A stretch of 64,000 bases of DNA from Anaerolineae bacterium. Its GTDB lineage: Bacteria; Chloroflexota; Anaerolineae; Aggregatilineales; Phototrophicaceae. Shown here piece after piece: positions 1 to 7,182 of the stretch (the stretch's first letter is position 1; each line of letters starts with the position of its first letter). Below the pieces are notes generated by a model that did not search any database, had not been told where the DNA came from, and worked only from the letters and a program-made list of their open reading frames with translations. The position numbers and the translations under genes are program-made. The stretch is taken from assembly GCA_014879665.1 (NCBI GenBank), contig JACSRP010000145.1, positions 6,507-70,506 of the forward strand, given 5' to 3'.

Positions 1-64
1 TCGCGTCGATGGTCAGACGTGCGAATTTGTTGGGATAGTAATACCCGCTTTTCTGCGGTGGCAT
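1..64 (-). CDS. N-terminus of an unidentified protein (gene continues past the window start)
   Basis: The reverse strand has ATG at 64..62, preceded by GGAGGA about 8 nt upstream (rc of 72..77). It translates as MPPQKSGYYYPNKFARLTIDA and stays open to the window edge. Confidence 0.35.
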   Translation of the reverse strand, partial: MPPQKSGYYYPNKFARLTIDA

Positions 65-244
65 AAGCCATGTCCTCCGGTTGTGCTGGCAGTATGCACA
101 TTGATTGTGCTGCCAGTGATGAATTAAGCCGAATGCTGCGTAACGATTTCAGTATACGCTATATAGTGCCTTGTCCCAACTTAAGACGCTGACAAAGGCT
201 TAAGGAATCCAGAATACCTAACCGATATTATGCAGATTATCCGT

Positions 245-281
245 GAAACAAAAAAGGATGCTGCTCGTTTTGCATCCTTTT
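245..281 (-). terminator. Rho-independent terminator downstream of miaB
   Basis: A 10-bp inverted repeat (aaaaggatgc at 252-261, gcatcctttt at 272-281) has a 10-nt loop. On the minus strand the stem runs into TTTTTTGTTT. It starts 16 nt after the miaB stop. Confidence 0.6.
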
Positions 282-296
282 AAAATTGCATCAGGG

Positions 297-1682
297 TTAT
301 CCTGCAATCACAATCAAAGGATCATGCTTAAAGTCGGGAACGCCTGCGGTTTGCAGCCTGCCCTGCATGCTCCACGGGCCAGTCCATGTAATTTCGACAT
401 CTGCGAGTTTGCCCTGCCAATCTCCAGAATCTTCGAAAAAGACCAGCTTGTTTTGTGGGGTGCGTCCGCGCCATTTGCCCTTATGCTGCCCTTCAACCAG
501 CACTTGCACGGTCTGCCCAAGGGAGTGACTGTTGATCTCAGCGATAATTTGCGCCTGCAAATCATCAAGCACCTGCAACCGGCGCTCTTTCTCTTCTTCG
601 GGAACATCATCCAGCATACGACGCTCACTAACCGTATTCGGGCGTGGGCTGTAGCGCGCCAGATGCACCTTGTCTAGCTTGAGTTCTGCCATCATATTGT
701 AGGTGCTCTGGAATTGTTCTTCCGTTTCCCCGCAGAAGCCGACGATGATATCGGTGTGAATGGCGACATTGGGAATACGCTCGCGAATACGCTGAATCAG
801 TGCGCGGTACTGATCAACGGTATAGCCGCGTTTCATTGTTTCCAGTACCGTATCGTCCCCGGCCTGAACGGCCACCTCAATATGCGGCATCACGCGGGGC
901 AGTTCAGCCACAGTATCCAGCAGCTTATCGGTCATCCAGTTGGGATGGCTGGTCAGAAAACGGATACGCTCGATGCCGATCTCTTCAGCTACGTCGTGAA
1001 CGATACGCAGCAAGTCGGATAGATCCGGGCCATCGGGAACATCCTTGCCATAGCGGTCTACAATTTGCCCCAGCAGCGTCACTTCTTTGACACCCTGATT
1101 GCCCAAGCTGCGCACATGACCGACGATTTCGCCAACGCTGCGGCTGCGTTCAATGCCACGCCGGAAGGGGATGACGCAGAAGGTGCAGGCATGGGAGCAG
1201 CCATAGACGACCGGCACATGCGCGCTGATCAGCTTGTTTTGCTCGTGCAGCGGCAGGATTAGATCGCCATCCTGAACCTGATCCCGGCGGGTTCGCAGGG
1301 CGGATTCGATGGAGATAACTTCTGCTTCGCCCATACGGGTTTTCAGGAAATCTACCATCGGCGCGGGTTCGGAAGGTGCCATGAAAACATCAACGAAGGG
1401 CAGTCGTTTGCGGAGCGCAACCGGATCACGCACACCGACCATGCAGCCCATCACGCCGACCACTTTTTGCGGCTGCGTCTTCTTTAGATCGCGTAGGCGG
1501 TACAACCGCTCCAACGCGCGATCTTCAGCCTGCTGGCGCACCACACAGGTGTTAACGACCAGAATATCGGCGTCGTCAGCGGCTTCTGCCGCAGAGTGCC
1601 CTAAGCGTTCAAGTTCAGAAGCCAACCGCTGCGAATCCGCAGTGTTCATCTGGCAGCCGAACGTCCAGATATGATATTGCAT
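297..1682 (-). CDS. miaB: tRNA methylthiotransferase, MiaB type (radical SAM)
   Basis: It has the N-terminal WTFGCQMN motif, the radical-SAM CSHACTFC (CxxxCxxC) motif and a C-terminal TRAM-like region, and is about 461 aa. ATG at 1682 is preferred over the in-frame TTG at 1688. Confidence 0.85.
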   Translation of the reverse strand: MQYHIWTFGCQMNTADSQRLASELERLGHSAAEAADDADILVVNTCVVRQQAEDRALERLYRLRDLKKTQPQKVVGVMGCMVGVRDPVALRKRLPFVDVFMAPSEPAPMVDFLKTRMGEAEVISIESALRTRRDQVQDGDLILPLHEQNKLISAHVPVVYGCSHACTFCVIPFRRGIERSRSVGEIVGHVRSLGNQGVKEVTLLGQIVDRYGKDVPDGPDLSDLLRIVHDVAEEIGIERIRFLTSHPNWMTDKLLDTVAELPRVMPHIEVAVQAGDDTVLETMKRGYTVDQYRALIQRIRERIPNVAIHTDIIVGFCGETEEQFQSTYNMMAELKLDKVHLARYSPRPNTVSERRMLDDVPEEEKERRLQVLDDLQAQIIAEINSHSLGQTVQVLVEGQHKGKWRGRTPQNKLVFFEDSGDWQGKLADVEITWTGPWSMQGRLQTAGVPDFKHDPLIVIAG

Positions 1683-1757
1683 TTCCAATTACCAGAATGA
1701 CTACAGTTGCGGCGTATTGTAAAGTCAGCCGCGGGTAACGTCAATTTTGAAAGAGGA

Positions 1758-2096
1758 TCACTCGCAGGGGATGGCCTCAAGAATCAGGCCGCTGAAAGGG
1801 AGATTGCTGGTCGGATATTTCATGCTCAAGGTGATGATATTCTTTTCCAACCAGACGGCATCAGTCACCTCAATATTGATTGCCCCTATGTGTTCGAGAT
1901 CGCAAATATGCTGATGGTTGATCTGGATGGAGACTCCGGCGGGCAGCTTTTCGGCACGAAGCCAGTACCCGACGCAAACTTCCAGAGGGTCTAGCCAGAA
2001 ACTGCGCGTGAAAAGGGTAGGGGCGGGGTGTGGCTGGCCGGTATTGTAATCCCGATCCCAATCAGCATTGAGTTCAATGCGAAAGACAGCAGTCAT
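1758..2096 (-). CDS. Hypothetical protein
   Basis: This is the 122-aa ORF 1758..2126, with start chosen at the second Met (MTAVFRIELN...). Its composition is more protein-like than the opposite-strand R/G-rich ORF. No recognisable motif. Confidence 0.4.
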   Translation of the reverse strand: MTAVFRIELNADWDRDYNTGQPHPAPTLFTRSFWLDPLEVCVGYWLRAEKLPAGVSIQINHQHICDLEHIGAINIEVTDAVWLEKNIITLSMKYPTSNLPFSGLILEAIPCE

Positions 2097-2256
2097 AATA
2101 TTCACTGAATATGTTTCGAAGTACACAGATTACCAATTCTGCCAGTAGGTGAACATGGTTAATTCTGGCAGAATTGGCCTCTGCGCGTTTCAAAAAGTCC
2201 CCGAACCCACCCTCGTACAGTGCTTGCAGGTCAGCGCGTGGTGATGCATTTTGCAA
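2074..2256 (-). CDS. Small hypothetical ORF (60 aa), possibly a gene fragment
   Basis: The ORF MQNASPRADLQALYEGGFGDFLKRAE... overlaps the next ORF by about 23-50 nt in another frame. No RBS or motif support. Confidence 0.2.
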   Translation of the reverse strand: MQNASPRADLQALYEGGFGDFLKRAEANSARINHVHLLAELVICVLRNIFSEYYDCCLSH

Positions 2257-2444
2257 TGTGCCATTGTGAAAGCATTTAAGCGATTTACACGGTACTGGGC
2301 TGCCCTGTAGTGGTTAGGCGCTGCCCCCCGCCCTAGATCGTTCCGGCGTATCCCCGCCAGGATGGGTTTCGCTCGCCCCTGCCTGCGCTGTACTACCGAC
2401 TTTTATTTGTTTGCTCAGGGCAGACACATTGGTCTACCCCAAGG

Positions 2445-2903
2445 CTATTCAACCAGATCTATGATCCAGTTCAGCCGCTGAATTTCTGTGTCCAGCAGGC
2501 GATACTGCTGCGACAGAGTATCTACTTGCTGAATGACTGCGCCAACATCAATTGTGACCACCTCACGAATTTCGGCCAGCCCATAACGATGCTGTTTGTC
2601 TGAAGCCTGCTTGATCACGCCTTGTAACGCTGTACGCTGAAGCATGAGCGTATCACGATCTGCAAGCGCATCCGTGAGGGTGCGGTCATCATCAAAACGT
2701 GTTTGCGAATTGGTACGGTTGATCTGCTTGATCAGCAGATTAAGCTGCTTCAAGGTGCGATCCAGTTCTGCGAGTAGTTCGGCAGGATTTTCGGCAGGCG
2801 CATCCCCTTCTTGAATACGGACAACGTTGCCTAACCGCGTGCGTATTTGCTCGATGCGTTTATTAATATCGGCGCGCAAAATCAGCGCTTCTGCTAATAT
2901 CAT
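2445..2903 (-). CDS. DIP1984-family (septicolysin-like) protein
   Basis: From the internal Met it reads MILAEALILRADINKRIEQIRTRL...QEGDAPAENP...RLNWIIDLVE. This matches my memory of the ~150-aa DIP1984 family consensus (N-terminal LAEAL.LRADL, QEGD.P.E, C-terminal LNW..DLVE). Confidence 0.7.
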   Translation of the reverse strand: MILAEALILRADINKRIEQIRTRLGNVVRIQEGDAPAENPAELLAELDRTLKQLNLLIKQINRTNSQTRFDDDRTLTDALADRDTLMLQRTALQGVIKQASDKQHRYGLAEIREVVTIDVGAVIQQVDTLSQQYRLLDTEIQRLNWIIDLVE

Positions 2904-3049
2904 GTCTAGACCTTTATGAACCGTTATAGACCTTAATAGTCTAGAGATAATTGGCGGGGTTGTCAAGTGCGCTGACGGGGTATTTGCGCGAACATTCGCC
3001 TGCGACCAGAATATAGGTCTGAACAGAATACCAATATAACGAGAGCAGC

Positions 3050-3763
3050 ATGAAACAGATTATCCCTGGACTTTTTACATTTACATCCCTGCTTATCGGG
3101 CGGGTTTATGCAATTGAAGACCCTGATGGCCTCACAATCATTGACGCAAGCATGACTGCTGCCGCGCCGAAAATTTTACGCCAGATTCAGGAAGGCGGGC
3201 GGGCGGGTAGTGTGCGCCGGATCATCATCACCCATGCGCACCCAGATCACGTTCAAGGATTACCAGAATTGAAGCGCGTAACTGGCGCAGAAGTGATTGC
3301 CTCATATGTTGAGCGCCCCTATGTGGAAGGCAAACTGCCGGTGCCAACCCCGCCCAAAGAGGCGCTGCGAGGATTAGACCGGCTGATGGCCTCGCCTCCA
3401 AAAACGATGCCCGGCACGCCGGTAGATCGGGAAGTAGGCGATGGCGATATGATCGCCGAGGCATTTGGTGGCTTGCGAGTGATCTTCACGCCCGGCCACA
3501 GTCCCGGCCATATCAGCCTATGGCAGCCGGAAAAACGGGTGTTGATCACCGGCGATGTAATGATGCACCCGCCGCTGTTCGGGCTGCGACTGCCTTTTGC
3601 CGCATTTACAACTGATATGGACGAAAATCGGCGTTCGGTGAAGCGCGTCGCTGCGCTGAAACCGGAGGTGGTTTGCTTCGGGCATGGAAAGCCGCTGTTG
3701 AAAGATGCGGCCAGCATGCTAGAGGCTTTTGCGGGCAAGGTGACGCCTGGCTCACAGGATTAA
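3050..3763 (+). CDS. MBL-fold metallo-hydrolase
   Basis: It has the THAHPDH (HxHxDH) zinc motif, and downstream His/Asp ligands (TPGHSPGH, GDV, FGHG). Confidence 0.85.
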   Translation: MKQIIPGLFTFTSLLIGRVYAIEDPDGLTIIDASMTAAAPKILRQIQEGGRAGSVRRIIITHAHPDHVQGLPELKRVTGAEVIASYVERPYVEGKLPVPTPPKEALRGLDRLMASPPKTMPGTPVDREVGDGDMIAEAFGGLRVIFTPGHSPGHISLWQPEKRVLITGDVMMHPPLFGLRLPFAAFTTDMDENRRSVKRVAALKPEVVCFGHGKPLLKDAASMLEAFAGKVTPGSQD

Positions 3764-3830
3764 CGAGAAAAGCACATTCGCGATAAAATTTAACCGTTGA
3801 ATCTGCGCGCCGAATGAAGTGCTGCTGTTG

Positions 3831-4697
3831 ATGAATTCATTCGATTTCACTATTGGTGCGATACGGGCAACTGCTATCGCGCGACTTCGCGAGCTATCGT
3901 TGACACCCACGCCGGCGCTGGACTGCGATTTGCTGCTGGCAGAAGTGACAGGCTTTGATCGCGCTTATTTGCTGGCGCACGGCGACTCTCTGCTCAGTGA
4001 AGCGCAAGCCGCGTATTTTGGGGAATATCTGGAACGGGCGGCAGGGGGTGAACCTATCGCCTATATTCTGGGCAGGCGCAGCTTTTACGATCTGGAATTT
4101 GTCGTCACGCCAGACGTACTGATTCCCCGCCCTGAAACTGAACTGCTGCTGGAGCAGGCGCTGCGATGGACGGAAATACGGGGGGTTGTGACTGCGGCCG
4201 ATGTTGGCACTGGAAGCGGCGCATTGGCGGTAACTTTTGCGTTTCATCGGCCTTTAACCAGAGTGATCGCCATTGATCAGAGCGAGGCGGCACTTAAAGT
4301 TGCTATGCACAATGCGGCGAAGAACGGCCTAGCCGATAGAGTTCATTTTTTGCAGGGCGATTTGCTCGAACCGGTACAAGCGATGGGTATGAAGCTCAAT
4401 CTGGTGATGGCGAATTTGCCCTATATTCCCACTGTAGAGGCACGTTCGCTGCCAGTCAGCTGTTATGAGCCGATGCTGGCGCTGGACGGCGGCGCTGATG
4501 GACTTGATCTGATCCGGCGGCTGCTGATTCAATTGAATCACGTTTGCGCGCCGCAGTTCCTGGCGCTGCTGGAATTTGGCGCGGGGCAGGGTGAGGCGAT
4601 TTTAGAATTAGCGCGACAATCTGTGCCAGAAGCAATTGCTGAAATTTTATATGACTACGCTGGACATGATCGGATTTTAAGGGTGGAGAATAATTAA
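3831..4697 (+). CDS. prmC: Peptide chain release factor N5-glutamine methyltransferase
   Basis: It has the SAM-binding DVGTGSGALAV motif and an NLPY variant of the NPPY catalytic motif (MANLPYIP). ATG at 3831 is preferred over the in-frame GTG at 3819. Confidence 0.8.
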   Translation: MNSFDFTIGAIRATAIARLRELSLTPTPALDCDLLLAEVTGFDRAYLLAHGDSLLSEAQAAYFGEYLERAAGGEPIAYILGRRSFYDLEFVVTPDVLIPRPETELLLEQALRWTEIRGVVTAADVGTGSGALAVTFAFHRPLTRVIAIDQSEAALKVAMHNAAKNGLADRVHFLQGDLLEPVQAMGMKLNLVMANLPYIPTVEARSLPVSCYEPMLALDGGADGLDLIRRLLIQLNHVCAPQFLALLEFGAGQGEAILELARQSVPEAIAEILYDYAGHDRILRVENN

Positions 4698-5026
4698 AAT
4701 ACCCGCTCACCGATCACGGCGGTTTTGGAAGGCGTAAGGGTAGAAATCTGCCCATCGGCCATGCGCGCGCCCAAGATCAGGCATTCGCTCATGAATCCGG
4801 CGATATTTTTGGGCGCAAAGTTGACCACTGCCACTACTTGCCTGCCGATTAACTCCGCTTTGGGATAGCTGGTGATTTGCGCTGATGACCATCTAGAGCC
4901 GATCTCGTCTCCGAAAAACACCTGCACTTTATAGGATGGGTTGCGCGCGCGGGGAAAATCTTCAACCGCGACAATTTCACCAACACGAATGTCTACCCTG
5001 TCGAAATCATCATAGGTGATGGTCAT
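4694..5026 (-). CDS. tRNA-binding OB-fold protein (CsaA/EMAP-like)
   Basis: The 110-aa protein reads DFDRVDIRVGEIVAVEDFP...KVQVFFGDE...VVAVVNFAPKNIAGFMSE, typical of stand-alone CsaA-type tRNA-binding domains. Its stop overlaps the prmC stop (convergent). Confidence 0.75.
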   Translation of the reverse strand: MTITYDDFDRVDIRVGEIVAVEDFPRARNPSYKVQVFFGDEIGSRWSSAQITSYPKAELIGRQVVAVVNFAPKNIAGFMSECLILGARMADGQISTLTPSKTAVIGERVF

Positions 5027-5041
5027 TTGTTCAGTCCTGAC

Positions 5042-6199
5042 TTAGGCGATCACACCGGCGGAGCGTAACGCGATAATTTCTTCTTCCGTGCAGCCAATAT
5101 TTTGTAAAACGCTGTCCGTATCTGCGCCCATCATCGGCGGCGGAGCAGGCTCCATATCCGGGGGCATGCCGTCCAGATGGATCGGGCTGCGAAGCCGCAC
5201 ATTTCCCTGATCATCGAAGGCCAGCACGCCGCGGGTCTGAAGGTGAGCATCGTTCAGGGCTTGCTCTGGCGCTAACACCCGTGAGAAGCAGCAGTCGGCG
5301 GGTTCGAGCAGCGCGGCCCACTCAGATGCGGTTTTCCCGGCGAACAGCGTCTTGAGCTGGGCAGTTATCTCTGGTTGGCGCTCCGGCAGGAGATAGCCTT
5401 CGATAAGATCGGCACGTTCCACCGCAAGGCAAAAGCGCTCCCAGAATTTCGGCTCCAGCGCGGCCAGTGCCACCGGTTGCCCACCGGCAGCGAGATACAC
5501 GTTATAGCAGGCCTGCTTGCCGGTGAGCGCGCCGCCGATAAACGGGGAAGCCACTGCCGCAGCTTCGGCAAATTGAACGATCCCCTGCGGGACAGCGGCA
5601 TCAAATAACCCTGCATCCACAAAGCCGCCTTTGCCGGTGCGCTCTCGCCGGAAAAGTGCCGCCAGAATGCCAGAAAGCGCCACATACGCCCCGCCAATAT
5701 CGGCCATTTGCGCGCCCGCAGGCTGCGGCATGTTCGCCGCGCCAATCACGCCAGCAATTGCAGCATAGTTCAGATCGTGACCGGATTTCATGGCATACGT
5801 GCCGGTGCTGCCCCAGCCCGAAAGGGCGCAGTACACCAGCCGTGAATTTTCTGCGGCCAGCTTTTCATAATCGCAGCCCAGCCGCGCCATCACGCCGGGG
5901 CGGAAACTTTCAACCAGCACATCTGCCGTTTTAGCGAGACGGCGCAGCAGTTGAACGCCTTCAGGCTGCTTCAAATCAATTACAATGCTTCGCTTGCCGT
6001 GGTTGGTAGCGTGAAAGATCACGCCGGTATGATCGGCAGTGTAGGGCGGCATGGCCCGTGCATAATCGCCGCCGTCAGGCGCTTCAACTTTAATGATTTC
6101 TGCGCCTAGCTCAGCCAGCATCAAGGTTAAGACCCCACCCGGCAGCAGCCGGGTGAGGTCGAGGACGCGAATTTCTGAAAGCGGGGATGAATTAATCAA
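5042..6199 (-). CDS. Family III CoA-transferase (CaiB/BaiF; alpha-methylacyl-CoA racemase-like)
   Basis: It has the N-terminal IRVLDLTRLLPGG motif and a GHDLNYAAIAG segment, and is 385 aa. Confidence 0.8.
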   Translation of the reverse strand: MINSSPLSEIRVLDLTRLLPGGVLTLMLAELGAEIIKVEAPDGGDYARAMPPYTADHTGVIFHATNHGKRSIVIDLKQPEGVQLLRRLAKTADVLVESFRPGVMARLGCDYEKLAAENSRLVYCALSGWGSTGTYAMKSGHDLNYAAIAGVIGAANMPQPAGAQMADIGGAYVALSGILAALFRRERTGKGGFVDAGLFDAAVPQGIVQFAEAAAVASPFIGGALTGKQACYNVYLAAGGQPVALAALEPKFWERFCLAVERADLIEGYLLPERQPEITAQLKTLFAGKTASEWAALLEPADCCFSRVLAPEQALNDAHLQTRGVLAFDDQGNVRLRSPIHLDGMPPDMEPAPPPMMGADTDSVLQNIGCTEEEIIALRSAGVIA

Positions 6200-6212
6200 T
6201 TGATATTCGTGG

Positions 6213-7157
6213 TTAGCCGCCAGCAGGCCGGATCAAGAGACGGGTTCCCAGCGGCACATTGCGCGCAGTTGCCATCGTCAGATCATTCAAATCCAGCACC
6301 CGCTGAAGTGAAACGCCATACACAATCGCAATGCCGCTGAGCGTGTCGCCAAACTGCACGGCATGATACTGCGCGCCGCTCGCGTCAGCTGGTTGGCGAG
6401 TGGGCAGCGATGCGGTTGGCCGCGGCGTGGGCTGTTCACCGCCGCCTGTTTGCGTACCTGCTCCGGTTGATCCGGCGGGCGAACTGCCACCTGGCCCGCC
6501 CACATACAACAGGGCATTATCGAACCAGCGATTGTTGAAATCGCTAGGCCATGATTGCCCGGTGAAAATCCAAAAAGTGACCATGGTGCCATTAGCAGTT
6601 GCGTTGACCGCTGCTTCTCCCCAGTGATCGTGAGGCGCGATGGCTGCCCCCCAGATGATCGCTGGATCGTAGGGATTGGTGCCGCCATTGGGATCAATGC
6701 CGACGCGCACATAGACTCCTGAATCTGGAGATGAGCCGCAGGGAAAGCCGACAAACTGGTTTTCAGCGTTACGCGAATTACAGGTTTGTACCCATGCCTG
6801 AACGCTGCCTACCAGATTGGCGTTCGCGGGCACCGCGACCTGCTGGTATACCCCGGCGTTCCAGGTCACAAAACCGCCGTTCAGGTTCAGCGAACACGGC
6901 GCAGAAAGCACCTGCGGGGCGGTGCAGTGGGGAAATGCGAAGAGATGATCAGCGCGATTTTCCCAGATCTGGCCGGTTGGCCCATCCTGTACGAACAACG
7001 GCCATGCCGCCGGAGTGTTCAAATCAGAACGACCCCGATTAGCGTATGGCCCCTCAAATCCCGGGTCTTGCAGTAGATTGATCGGCTGGGCAAACGCCGG
7101 GAGACCCAGCGCCAGTAATACCAGTGATGAAATCAAGATCAGCGTTAATTTTTTCAT
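6213..7157 (-). CDS. Secreted protein with C-terminal LysM domain
   Basis: It has a signal peptide (MKKLTLILISSLVLLALGLPAFA), an N-terminal domain beginning NLLQDPGFE (CBM4/9-like opening), a Gly/Thr/Pro linker, and a LysM-like YHAVQFGDTLSGIAIVYGVSLQRVLDLNDL. Confidence 0.75.
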   Translation of the reverse strand: MKKLTLILISSLVLLALGLPAFAQPINLLQDPGFEGPYANRGRSDLNTPAAWPLFVQDGPTGQIWENRADHLFAFPHCTAPQVLSAPCSLNLNGGFVTWNAGVYQQVAVPANANLVGSVQAWVQTCNSRNAENQFVGFPCGSSPDSGVYVRVGIDPNGGTNPYDPAIIWGAAIAPHDHWGEAAVNATANGTMVTFWIFTGQSWPSDFNNRWFDNALLYVGGPGGSSPAGSTGAGTQTGGGEQPTPRPTASLPTRQPADASGAQYHAVQFGDTLSGIAIVYGVSLQRVLDLNDLTMATARNVPLGTRLLIRPAGG

Positions 7158-7182
7158 TGCAAACCTCTAACCAAACGAACGT

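Noticed and set aside
2290-2340. tRNA-like fragment (ctgtagtggttaggcgc), and a GGTTCGATTC T-loop-like string at 43714..43723.
   Set aside because: I could not fold either into a cloverleaf. D-stem and T-stem complementarity and acceptor pairing are absent. No bona fide tRNA was found in any intergenic region.
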